Source: an uncultured virus (IMG/VR IMGVR_UViG_3300049893_002526) (taxonomy: Duplodnaviria > Heunggongvirae > Uroviricota > Caudoviricetes). From it: a stretch of DNA of 64,000 nucleotides. Under the pieces are notes generated by a model that saw nothing but the letters and a program-made list of their open reading frames with translations, was not told where the DNA came from and made no database searches. The position numbers and the translations under genes are program-made. Below, piece by piece: positions 38,330-47,036 of this stretch. The stretch lies in IMG/VR virus record IMGVR_UViG_3300049893_002526. One strand, 5' to 3'. Each line of letters opens with the position of its first letter. Positions within the stretch are counted from its first letter, which is position 1.

Positions 38330-38376
38330 GACGGTAGCAGAAACGAACCCTTCTTGTCGTTACTGCTGGTTTTATT

Positions 38377-38793
38377 TTACAGAAGCTTTTCTAATTGAGC
38401 TATAAAGTCTTTAGGCTCTTCGATTAAGAGTTTGATAACCGCATCGAGTTTCGACATATTCAGAGTTTCTTGACGCTTATTAATTAGCAACCAATATGTG
38501 TACGCGTTTAAAAGATACATATGTGTCTGTTTTGCCCGCAACGCCTGGGTTTTCCATTTGTCGTGATCGAAAGCGCTGCCGTGGCGGGAGCTACCCGTCT
38601 TGAGTTCAAGCTCTCGGATCTCGATCTGAAGCTCGATATCCTTAATTGTGTACTCTAAAGAGCTGATTTTGGCCTTGCACTCTGGCTCGGTCCGAGGCTC
38701 TTCGTTGTCGGTGTAAATCCAACTTGGCAGATTTTCAACAATATGCTCGGAACGCCAAAGAAAAGGCTTTTGCGGGGTTTCAGAAAAACTCAT
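38377..38793 (-). CDS. coiled-coil hypothetical protein
   Basis: ORF. Confidence 0.7.
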   Translation of the reverse strand: MSFSETPQKPFLWRSEHIVENLPSWIYTDNEEPRTEPECKAKISSLEYTIKDIELQIEIRELELKTGSSRHGSAFDHDKWKTQALRAKQTHMYLLNAYTYWLLINKRQETLNMSKLDAVIKLLIEEPKDFIAQLEKLL

Positions 38794-39122
38794 TCTAAGA
38801 GTGAGGTATCTATGAGATCAGTAAAAATGCCGTTTGTACAGTAATAAACGTGATGCTCAAACTTGATTTGACAAACTAATTTTAAATTAATCAGTCGCTT
38901 GAGCTGGCTAAGAGCTGCCACTTTGGACATCCCTAAAGCTTCGGCTATTTCTGTAGCAGATAACGGCTGATCGGATTTTAACACCTCAATTAGATCGCGA
39001 TGCACTCTGATTGAAGCGGTTTGTTTCTTAGTGCGGAGATAGTCCTCACTGAAATATTTTGGCCGTGAGTCATCTCGATAAGCTCCTGAATTGCTCTGTT
39101 CGTCATTTTGCGCTTGGCCCAT
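38790..39122 (-). CDS. winged-helix DNA-binding protein
   Basis: LSATEIAEALGMSK......LKRL....LV; true start may be a GTG near 39004. Confidence 0.7.
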   Translation of the reverse strand: MGQAQNDEQSNSGAYRDDSRPKYFSEDYLRTKKQTASIRVHRDLIEVLKSDQPLSATEIAEALGMSKVAALSQLKRLINLKLVCQIKFEHHVYYCTNGIFTDLIDTSLLE

Positions 39123-39673
39123 CGCAGAACGTCTAGGTGCATGTCGGAGCTTACCTTTTTAGCAGGACTGGTCGCAAGGTGCATGTGGTGAGGGTTCAAA
39201 CAGTTCGCATCGCCACATTTCATAAGGACTTTGTCCTTCGTTTCGAGGTCTACACCGAAAAATCTGGCGTAGATAAAGCGGCGTGGACGCATCAAGGTGC
39301 CGTCGGTGGAATCGACAAGGCGTTTCGGCAGTACGGACGCGTACAGGTGTTCTGCAGGATCTATGACGTATTTATGTTGGAGCATCCAGGCTTGAAACCG
39401 ATCGGACGCTGAGCTGGTTGCGGCGCTCTTGAGCTCAGCCGTGCAAATCGGGCAGGCAAACGAACTGGCCAGTCGGCACCGGCGCTCGAAGTCCTTAGCT
39501 AGGAGGGCTACCGGAGGCGTCCGGCGGCATTGGCAGGTCGCGACGACACAGGAGCCGTGGCGGTCTATGCGCAGGTAGTCGAGCTGTTCGGTGTGCTCAG
39601 GCGGGTCTTCAGGCAGCGGTAGGGGTTCGGCGTCCAGCAGGCCGAACATAAGTAGTAGTACCGAGTTACACAT
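38990..39673 (-). CDS. zinc-finger / His-Me-finger-like / HTH protein
   Basis: CQC...CPIC, CGDANCLNPHHM, C-terminal ISVRTIS helix. Confidence 0.65.
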   Translation of the reverse strand: MCNSVLLLMFGLLDAEPLPLPEDPPEHTEQLDYLRIDRHGSCVVATCQCRRTPPVALLAKDFERRCRLASSFACPICTAELKSAATSSASDRFQAWMLQHKYVIDPAEHLYASVLPKRLVDSTDGTLMRPRRFIYARFFGVDLETKDKVLMKCGDANCLNPHHMHLATSPAKKVSSDMHLDVLRWAKRKMTNRAIQELIEMTHGQNISVRTISALRNKPLQSECIAI

Positions 39674-40170
39674 GAATCATGGTGCCTCAACATGCTCAGT
39701 GTAGCGCACAGCACGTATTGGTCTGTTTCCAGCAGATTTTCTTCCCGATCGGGACCGCATGTATTCTTAGGTGAGACAGATGAGACAGGCGTTTAGCCGG
39801 GTTTGAGCGCACAGAGTGCTCTGGTTTAGTGGGTCTGTTCAAAAGGCTCTTTAAAAAGGATTTTCTATTAAAGACTGACTTAACGGGTTTTGCTAGGTGC
39901 TGACGCCTTTAACTAAGCGCATTTAAGGTGTGCTTTTAAGGGAACGCATTAATACGCACTTTAAGGGGCGCCCTAATTGTTATAAAGTACCACTTACTTA
40001 TTTAAATACGTAACTAACTCAGTGTGAGTGCAATTTACGTTAAGCGGACAGAGCCCAGAAGGGTTTTATTCCAAGTTGTTTTTGCAGAAGCGCTGTGGTA
40101 ATACGGCAGTTTAAGGGGTTGACAACTACTGTCTAAAGGGTCTTATACTTGGTGCAACTTAATTCCGACC
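39674..40170. other. long non-coding divergent control region (candidate origin or genome-end region)
   Basis: ~500 bp without an ORF between leftward and rightward gene blocks; AT-rich core; repeated TTTAAGG. Confidence 0.55.
40119..40149 (+). promoter_or_regulatory. sigma70-type promoter TTGACA-N19-TATACT
   Basis: Consensus -35 and near-consensus -10, 21 nt before ATG 40171. Confidence 0.7.
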
Positions 40171-40344
40171 ATGGATTGTACGCTTTCTGCCCGGAATAAG
40201 ATCTTGGAATCACCTGATACCGAATTTTGGCAGTTATGTCGGGCTAAAAGCTCTGAGATCGGAGTGCCTGCCTGGATGCTGGCTGAGGAAGGTTTTCGCC
40301 ATGAGCAACGGACGTTACGGAAAGCGCACTCCGGAACTGTCTAA
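40171..40344 (+). CDS. small hypothetical protein (57 aa)
   Basis: Hand-translated MDCTLSARNKILESPDTEFW...; follows the promoter. Confidence 0.6.
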   Translation: MDCTLSARNKILESPDTEFWQLCRAKSSEIGVPAWMLAEEGFRHEQRTLRKAHSGTV

Positions 40345-40347
40345 GGG

Positions 40348-40376
40348 TTGACAGTTTGCTCTGAAGGGTCTAGCCT
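40348..40376 (+). promoter_or_regulatory. sigma70-type promoter TTGACA-N17-TAGCCT
   Basis: Consensus -35; flanks resemble the 40119 promoter; 21 nt before ATG 40398. Confidence 0.65.
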
Positions 40377-40397
40377 TCGGCGGGCTCCTAGTCCCTC

Positions 40398-40781
40398 ATG
40401 CAAATCAAATCTAAAGAAGACGTCCAAACGTACTGGGGTCAATACGCCAGTAAGGAAGCTCGACAAGAGCGTTTTGAACGTATTTACACTCTGTATATCC
40501 AGGAGGGTTTTTCGCTACAGCAAATCGCGGACCAGTTCGGAATCTCAAAACAGCGAGTACACCAGATACTTTTAAAGGAGGCAAAGGACCCCGAGCTGCT
40601 GGCCGTTAAAAAGCGAGCTGACATGTTGGAACGTAATACCTGGAGAACAAAAGAAATAGAATATCAACTTGAGCAAGGATTAAGTTGCACTAAAATTGCG
40701 ACTCTTTTAGATGTATCCGTAAATGTCGTTAAACGTGTTAGTGCTCGATATCGTAAGGCTAAGCGAGCAGAGATCCGGTAG
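40398..40781 (+). CDS. double-HTH (sigma region 4-like) transcription regulator
   Basis: EGFSLQQIADQFGISKQRVHQIL and QGLSCTKIATLLDVS.NVV. Confidence 0.8.
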   Translation: MQIKSKEDVQTYWGQYASKEARQERFERIYTLYIQEGFSLQQIADQFGISKQRVHQILLKEAKDPELLAVKKRADMLERNTWRTKEIEYQLEQGLSCTKIATLLDVSVNVVKRVSARYRKAKRAEIR

Positions 40782-40812
40782 AATACTGAGTTAGGAGGGG
40801 TTGCTGTACCTG

Positions 40813-42441
40813 ATGCCCGCAGAAGTCAACAACCCGCCATGCCCTGTACATGGCGCTTTTCCCAGAGCTTTACATGAGGAAAGTTTCCAGGGTGCGGTCG
40901 AAGTCCTCGAACAACTACTAGCCACGGTAAGCGGAGTGGGCACAACTACGTATACTCGGTGTCCGTACGGTTACGAAGCCAATTTCAATGGCCTAGTAAG
41001 AGCTTTGGAGGACTTAAATGCTTCTATAAGCGGTATCCAAGGCGGCGGTGGCGGCGGCGCTTTAAATATTGTTGGAAAGGGAGGTACTTCAGTAACCGTA
41101 TCTGGCTCTTATTACGTTATATCTAGTGTTTCCGGTCCTTTTGTCGGTTCCGGGCTACCTTCTTCTCCCGACTATGGTTCTCTTTGGTATAAACAAGATC
41201 AAGGACGTCTTCTTGTTTATGCGAGCGGCGGAAGTGCGCCGGCTGCCAGCTGGTATCAAACAAACGCAGAACCAATAATTTATAAATCTGAAGTTCCTCC
41301 TTCGGGTACAGGGCACAACGCCCCGCTTCGCGACGGGTTCCTTTGGTTTAACTCCCTACTCGGGAACATCCTCGTATACGACGCTGTTTCTAGTGGCTGG
41401 TACGAACCTGCTTCCCGCAGAACTGTCGCGTATCGGGACACCCCTCCCACCGCTGTGGTTGAAGGAGAGGTTTGGTACGACAAGTCGACGAGCATTATTA
41501 AGATTTGGAACGGCTCAGATTGGATTTCTCTCCTCGATTCTCCATCTGCTACTGTGACCAGCGTTTCAAGAAACGCGACTGTTCTGGATAGCTACCCGGC
41601 CACTTCTGTTGGTCCCCGAACTTATTCGATTGCTGTAAGCCGAGGCTTAGAAGTACAGAATTCTGATATAACTTTGATCAACAACGCATCTAATGCGTTT
41701 ACTTCTGAACACTCGATTGTTTATTCCAGCGGAACTCTTGCTGCGTTTAGCGGTCGTTTGGTCGATGGTTTTGTGGAACTGGTCGGTTATAGCAACAGCA
41801 TAGATCAGACTGTGTTCCGTCCTATTATTTGGAGTGGCACTGATTTAACTCCTTCTGTTACAACAGCTGCGTCTGGTCTGGTCATTGATTCTTACCCCGC
41901 GACTTTCTTGGGCACAAAGACTTACTCAGTTAATGTTGTCAGAGGCGGCGAAGTCCAGAATTCGGATCTTACCGTTATTAATACCGCTGCTAGCGGGTTT
42001 GTTTCACAGCATTCTGTTGTGTACTCCAGCGGTTCTTTAGCCACCTTCAGCGGAGAAGTTTATGGAGGCAACGTCAATATCGTTGCGTATAGCACTTCGA
42101 CCGACGCGACAACGTACCGCCCTGTGATCTGGGGCAATCCTCCCGGTATTCCGCTCTACACCGCGTCCGTATCCGAAGCTCTTATCGATCAATATCCCGT
42201 CCAAGCCTCCGGCACGAAAACCATTACGGTTAATGTCAACCGTGGAGGCGAAGTCCAGACATCTGACCTCACCATCGTACACACGCCGTCTGACGTGTAT
42301 CTGTCCGAACACTCCGCTGTTTACAGTTCGGGTACGCTGGCATCGTTCAGCGGTCTTGTTATCGACGATTTCGTCTCCATCGTCGCTTACAGCAACTCTG
42401 CTGCACCGACCACCTTCCGTCCTTATCGTGTAACTCCGTAA
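40813..42441 (+). CDS. tail fibre/virion structural protein with three ~100-aa C-terminal repeats
   Basis: G.LW...W fibre modules; three copies of D.YP...RG.EVQ.SD.T...HS.VYSSG.LA.FSG. Confidence 0.75.
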   Translation: MPAEVNNPPCPVHGAFPRALHEESFQGAVEVLEQLLATVSGVGTTTYTRCPYGYEANFNGLVRALEDLNASISGIQGGGGGGALNIVGKGGTSVTVSGSYYVISSVSGPFVGSGLPSSPDYGSLWYKQDQGRLLVYASGGSAPAASWYQTNAEPIIYKSEVPPSGTGHNAPLRDGFLWFNSLLGNILVYDAVSSGWYEPASRRTVAYRDTPPTAVVEGEVWYDKSTSIIKIWNGSDWISLLDSPSATVTSVSRNATVLDSYPATSVGPRTYSIAVSRGLEVQNSDITLINNASNAFTSEHSIVYSSGTLAAFSGRLVDGFVELVGYSNSIDQTVFRPIIWSGTDLTPSVTTAASGLVIDSYPATFLGTKTYSVNVVRGGEVQNSDLTVINTAASGFVSQHSVVYSSGSLATFSGEVYGGNVNIVAYSTSTDATTYRPVIWGNPPGIPLYTASVSEALIDQYPVQASGTKTITVNVNRGGEVQTSDLTIVHTPSDVYLSEHSAVYSSGTLASFSGLVIDDFVSIVAYSNSAAPTTFRPYRVTP

Positions 42442-42566
42442 TGGCTAAACCCAAAAGCACTCAACTGATCGAATCAAAACCAAAAACAACTTCTATTGGT
42501 CACAGTGTGCTGTCTCGCCCGAAACGGCGTGGCAAAAAACGTTATCGCGGGCAAGGGAAGGGCTAA
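42441..42566 (+). CDS. small basic protein (41 aa)
   Basis: Hand-translated MAKPKS...KKRYRGQGKG; TAATG coupling. Confidence 0.65.
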   Translation: MAKPKSTQLIESKPKTTSIGHSVLSRPKRRGKKRYRGQGKG

Positions 42567-42592
42567 ACTACACTTAGCTATCGTTTAGTAGT

Positions 42593-43069
42593 GTGTCGTT
42601 CAGTACTGTAGTTGCGGGTGAATATATTGGTAACGGTGTAGCCGTCGCAATCAACAGCAGCGGGTACGCCGTTACCGCTAATCCCTTTTCCGCTGACCGG
42701 TCTCGGGTTATAGGTATATCTGATGGTGCTGTCGAGGCCGGAGCTCGGGTTCGAATTGTTCTAACTGACTATGCCTCGGTTAGTACAGCAGGCATGAGCA
42801 TAAATAAGCCTGTTTATCTTTCTATTCACGGCTCTGGTATAGTAACAACTGATTTTAATAATGTTGCTTCTGGGTATGTAGACTTCTTTGATCCTTTCTA
42901 TGTTACCCAAGTAGGAACAGCACTAGGCGCTGGTGTTTTAAAAATCGAGATTGAAGAAGGTGTTCTAACGGCAAGCACTGAGTCGGCGTTGCTAACGGAA
43001 GATCAATCTCCTCTGATAGAATACTTAGTAGCCGAAGACGGCTCTAAAATACTTTTAGAGAATGCTTGA
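42593..43069 (+). CDS. putative virion structural protein
   Basis: AGE.I..G.AV...IG...VG.A pattern shared with 44964..45476 (capsid-fibre/cement-like). Confidence 0.6.
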   Translation: MSFSTVVAGEYIGNGVAVAINSSGYAVTANPFSADRSRVIGISDGAVEAGARVRIVLTDYASVSTAGMSINKPVYLSIHGSGIVTTDFNNVASGYVDFFDPFYVTQVGTALGAGVLKIEIEEGVLTASTESALLTEDQSPLIEYLVAEDGSKILLENA

Positions 43070-43072
43070 GTT

Positions 43073-43552
43073 GTGACCAACCGTAAAATTTCGGCTTTTT
43101 CGGACATTGGTCCTTCTCCCAGCGGATATATTTATCTGCCTGTCGTCGACCCAATCGAGCCGGTTACTTCCGCTCGTAACAAGCGGGTAACAATTAGTGG
43201 TCTGGATGCTCGCTATACGGGCTACCCGTATTTCCAAACCGCGTATTTAAACCCTGTCACGACAACAACGACGGCCGGAACCACTCTTGATGTTTTTGGC
43301 AGCGGCCTCTTAGATTCGGCTCGATACTACATCAAAGCCAAGCGTGGCCGAGAAGTTCAAACAAGCGAAGTACACTTAGTTCAAAACGGGGCTGTTACGA
43401 CTATTACGGAGTATGCCGTTCTTTACACAAGCGGCGTTCTTTGTACGTACAGCGGCACTTTTGCTAACAACAGCGGCGTCCTTCAGACGTTCTCTAATAG
43501 CAGTGCGTCGACCCGGTATACCATCGTTCGTTACGGCGATACGTTCGCTTAA
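43073..43552 (+). CDS. putative virion structural protein
   Basis: C-terminal domain homologous to the repeats of 40813..42441. Confidence 0.65.
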   Translation: MTNRKISAFSDIGPSPSGYIYLPVVDPIEPVTSARNKRVTISGLDARYTGYPYFQTAYLNPVTTTTTAGTTLDVFGSGLLDSARYYIKAKRGREVQTSEVHLVQNGAVTTITEYAVLYTSGVLCTYSGTFANNSGVLQTFSNSSASTRYTIVRYGDTFA

Positions 43553-43612
43553 ACGCTAATAACTAAGCTAAGCGAGTCCCTATGTTAGTATAGGGATAGA
43601 TTTTTTTCGGGT

Positions 43613-44128
43613 ATGTCAAAAACAGTAACCAACTTTTTGGATGCCGTTGAAACTCCCTCTGATATTAATGAGCACCTTGTCGCTCTGTATTCTCTCGCCG
43701 GGCGCTGTCACTCCGTGGTTGAGCTGGGAGTTCGTTATGCGCTTAGTAGCACGGCTCTTATTGCTGCCCGGCCCGACAGCTTAAAAAGTTACGACATCGA
43801 ACTTTCGCCAGAAGCGCTTCGGATCTTTAAAGACGGAGAAGAAGACGGAGTAAATTGCCAACTAATTCGAGGTTCTTCTTTTGATGTTACTTTAGACGAC
43901 GGTATAGATATGCTTTTTATTGACACTGATCACACTTATGAGTGTCTTAGTCTAGAACTCGCTTTGCACGGTAATAAACCCTCTAAGTATTTAGTTTTTC
44001 ACGATACTGTTTCCTACGCTTCTCAACTTTTGCCGGCTATAAATCAATTTTTGAGCTCTAATCCACACTGGCAGGTTTTAAAGCAGTTCGAGCACAATAA
44101 TGGTCTTTTAGTGCTTAGTAGGGGCTGA
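43613..44128 (+). CDS. class I SAM-dependent methyltransferase (Methyltransf_24-like)
   Basis: SDINEHL, VVELGVR, DMLFIDTDHTY, VFHDT, NNGL.VL. Confidence 0.85.
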   Translation: MSKTVTNFLDAVETPSDINEHLVALYSLAGRCHSVVELGVRYALSSTALIAARPDSLKSYDIELSPEALRIFKDGEEDGVNCQLIRGSSFDVTLDDGIDMLFIDTDHTYECLSLELALHGNKPSKYLVFHDTVSYASQLLPAINQFLSSNPHWQVLKQFEHNNGLLVLSRG

Positions 44129-44253
44129 TTGTTCTCGTTACTTGCGTTGTTATATTTTTAATTACTTAGTATAGTTTGTTTTTTGGTTCGCCGTCCGTTT
44201 GCGTAATTAGCTAAATTTTGTTTGATAGAATTACATTAGGTATTAGGTCGTAA

Positions 44254-44934
44254 ATGGCTACTCGTCGGCCTCTTGTTTATCTTAGTGGAGTTTCTTCAGA
44301 GCTTCCCCTAGGCGATAATATCGACGGTGCGCTATATCAGAGCCAGCAGATCGTCGCGGGTAGCGGTTTAGTCGGGGGAGGTACTTTTGGTAGTAATCCT
44401 AGATTAGACGTAGCTTTAGTCCTAAATCCGAGCGGTTTATATTTTTCCGCCGACAATAAGTTAGGCATTGACGGTCGCGCTCAGGCGTCAGGCAACGCAG
44501 GTATCGCCTTTGCCGCCGTAGCGCTTAGTTCGGGTAACGCCGCTCTTGCTCTGGGGGCCACCGCCCTTGCATCCGGCAACGCGGCCTTGGGTGTAGGCAC
44601 GGCTTCGTTGCCCTTGGCCGGCGGGACGATGCGAGGAACTATCGTTGCCAGCGGCGGCACGTCTGCAGCGCCAGGTATTCGCTTTGGCGTCGGAGGTATT
44701 TATGGTTCCGGTCAGTATTTCGTCGGAGTCGCGGTTAGCGGTGTAGGAAAACTGGCGGTCACACCTGATTTTGTCCGCGTGGAAGGCAATAACTTCCAGA
44801 TTCAAACTTCTAAGACTCCCAGTTCATCGAGTGACACCGGTACTCCAGGTCAGATAGCATGGGACTCTAATTACTTGTATGTCTGCGTCGCCACTAATAC
44901 CTGGAAACGCTCCGATTTGAACACTTTTCCTTGA
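44254..44934 (+). CDS. tail-fibre-like protein
   Basis: N-terminus R.PLV..SG...ELP.GD shared with 52985..55669; (A/S)SGNA repeats; GTPGQIAWDSNYLYVCVATNTWKR C-terminal motif. Confidence 0.7.
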   Translation: MATRRPLVYLSGVSSELPLGDNIDGALYQSQQIVAGSGLVGGGTFGSNPRLDVALVLNPSGLYFSADNKLGIDGRAQASGNAGIAFAAVALSSGNAALALGATALASGNAALGVGTASLPLAGGTMRGTIVASGGTSAAPGIRFGVGGIYGSGQYFVGVAVSGVGKLAVTPDFVRVEGNNFQIQTSKTPSSSSDTGTPGQIAWDSNYLYVCVATNTWKRSDLNTFP

Positions 44935-44963
44935 TAAACTGGAATTACTAGATTTTTAACAGC

Positions 44964-45476
44964 GTGACCGACCGGAACATTTTTAACAGGTCATACACCA
45001 GCTTCGATTCGAGCGGTAGTGAAGTCTGGTTAATTAACGGCGGCGGAATTACATCTAATTACACTTCACCTTACGTCTTATTTGCGGGCGAGAATCTCAT
45101 ACAGGGCGATGTTGTTTACGCTAGCGGCGCTGGAGTTGCTGTAAAAGCCACAGCCCTGAGCGGCGTCGATTCGAATTTCTATTACCCTATTGGTGTTGCA
45201 GCCACCTCTGCTACGGCCGGCACTGAAGTCCAGGTCAATTTAGATGGAGTCGTCGTTGTTGACGGTGACAACATTACCGCAGGGTCTCAATTAATACCTG
45301 GCCAGGATTACTTCTTGTCTAAATATAAAGGTCAGATTACATTGTATGCTACGGGGTCTGGTGTAATTCTCGCTTCTGGCCTTAACCAGTACGGCGCCTC
45401 CGTTCGTGTGGGGCGAGCCATTAGCACGTCTGAACTTGAAGTTGAGATTCAACCTCCAATTCTCCTTGTTAATTAA
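44964..45476 (+). CDS. putative virion structural protein
   Basis: AGENL..GDVVY...IGVA...L.PGQ.YFLS...VG.AIS..EL. Confidence 0.65.
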   Translation: MTDRNIFNRSYTSFDSSGSEVWLINGGGITSNYTSPYVLFAGENLIQGDVVYASGAGVAVKATALSGVDSNFYYPIGVAATSATAGTEVQVNLDGVVVVDGDNITAGSQLIPGQDYFLSKYKGQITLYATGSGVILASGLNQYGASVRVGRAISTSELEVEIQPPILLVN

Positions 45477-45535
45477 TTTTTAATTAACACTGCTTTATTT
45501 TTATCCTCTATAATAAGATCAACCTCACATACTTT

Positions 45536-45931
45536 GTGACGGAACTTGATCTTATTTTTGAGCTACAGTGTTTATCTAGATCTACCGCGCGTAAGCGATT
45601 TAGAAAAGATATTTTTGCCGCGTGGGATCACGAGTGTGCGTACTGCGGAAAAAAAGACCCCCAAACTTTGGATCATGTAGTACCAAAATCGCGCGGAGGC
45701 ACAACGACAAGGGCTAATCTTATACCTTCGTGCGGTTGTTGTAATCTTAAAAAATCTAATATTGAGTGGTGTGAATGGTATAGAACACAGCTGTTTTGGG
45801 AACACGAAAGAGAGTTAAAAATTTTAGAGTGGGTTAATCGCGATCACGACGAATCTGACTCGGCTAAACAATACGAAGAGCTATGTTCGGTGCCGCTATT
45901 ACCGCCACACGCAGGAAACGAGGCAGCCTAA
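45536..45931 (+). CDS. HNH endonuclease
   Basis: CAYCG...TLDHVVPKSRGG.....NL...C..CN..K. Confidence 0.9.
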   Translation: MTELDLIFELQCLSRSTARKRFRKDIFAAWDHECAYCGKKDPQTLDHVVPKSRGGTTTRANLIPSCGCCNLKKSNIEWCEWYRTQLFWEHERELKILEWVNRDHDESDSAKQYEELCSVPLLPPHAGNEAA

Positions 45932-45967
45932 ATACTTATAAAATAGAGTTGGAGATGATTTTGACCG

Positions 45968-46246
45968 ATGCCGGAATGGTTGTTAACGTTGGTCGTCTCC
46001 ACGGTGCTTAGTGGCGCGGGCCTTACTTGGAAGCGGTTTTCGGATGTTAATGACCGCGTGGATCGGCTGGAGATTCGATTAGCTGAGGACTTCGCAACCA
46101 AAGACGATATGAATACAGCGTTTGATAAAGTTGATCAATCGCTGTGTAGATTCGAAAATAAGTTGGATGCCCTCGTGATGTCGGAGCTACGCACTTTAAG
46201 GGAGGGATTTGTTCAAAAGGTCAGCCAGATAGAAGAATCTAGCTGA
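45968..46246 (+). CDS. single-TM coiled-coil protein (holin/antiholin-like)
   Basis: N-terminal TM followed by a coiled coil. Confidence 0.55.
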   Translation: MPEWLLTLVVSTVLSGAGLTWKRFSDVNDRVDRLEIRLAEDFATKDDMNTAFDKVDQSLCRFENKLDALVMSELRTLREGFVQKVSQIEESS

Positions 46247-46257
46247 CCCGAGTTGGT

Positions 46258-46446
46258 TTACTTTTTAGCGATTTTAGTTATCAGACCAGCAGCAACTTCG
46301 ATCACTTTGTACACCCTGTTGTATATCTTGTTATCGGTTTCTGAGGGAGTTAAGTTGACGATAACTAGGGCTAAACCGTGCACGGCAGCGCCAACGGCAA
46401 TGATGTCGGCCCAGTGATTAACGAGAAGGTTGATGGTGTTGGACAT
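46258..46446 (-). CDS. small membrane protein (holin-like)
   Basis: TM segment, IVNLTPS.TDN motif, basic C-terminus. Confidence 0.6.
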   Translation of the reverse strand: MSNTINLLVNHWADIIAVGAAVHGLALVIVNLTPSETDNKIYNRVYKVIEVAAGLITKIAKK

Positions 46447-46495
46447 TGGAGTCCTAGCGGGATATTTATAGTTTAGGTCCAGCAGGTTAAAAGTA

Positions 46496-46637
46496 GGTGT
46501 GCGGATAGTGCGGTATGGAAGTTATGTGTTTTGGCGTACCGCAGCTCCGGAGGAGCGAGGATAGGGTGATGGCCTGAGCGTAAAACGTCGCATCAGGACG
46601 AATCAGAGGCTCAGGCTCTATCGCTATTCAGCATACC
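46496..46637 (+). ncRNA. candidate ~140-nt multibranch structured RNA
   Basis: Several complementary stems with G-U pairs that only form on the plus strand, filling an ORF-free gap. Confidence 0.6.
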
Positions 46638-46647
46638 GATGACTTAG

Positions 46648-46956
46648 TCAGTCCCTACGCCAGGTCGATTTGATTTCCATGGTGCCGCCCAACAAGTCCT
46701 GAGCTCTCGACCCATCGGGTTCGTGCTCAATTATTTCGTACTTGGGTTTTTCCTGCGCCTCCCACTCTTTTACAATTTCCTGCGCCTGTCGGTCCACATC
46801 CTTCAGGGTCTGTTCCGTGCGCCACTCGACCCAGTCATGCCGGCACCAATTTAGTGCCGCACGAACCCACGGGTTTAGTTTTAGCCTTGGCCATACCTCA
46901 ATTAGCCCTATTAGAAGTTCATAAATTAACGCGTTAAACACAGCGTATTTTTTCAT
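46648..46956 (-). CDS. hypothetical protein
   Basis: ORF. Confidence 0.65.
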   Translation of the reverse strand: MKKYAVFNALIYELLIGLIEVWPRLKLNPWVRAALNWCRHDWVEWRTEQTLKDVDRQAQEIVKEWEAQEKPKYEIIEHEPDGSRAQDLLGGTMEIKSTWRRD

Positions 46957-47036
46957 TTCTCTTGCTTGTTGTGTACTTAAGTTTAAGACGCCCTTCGTAT
47001 GTCTCGGGTATAATTAAACTACGCCGGCAGTTAGTT

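Noticed and set aside
46496..46637. Retron msr-msd or tRNA
   Set aside because: No reverse transcriptase nearby; no T-loop or anticodon cloverleaf
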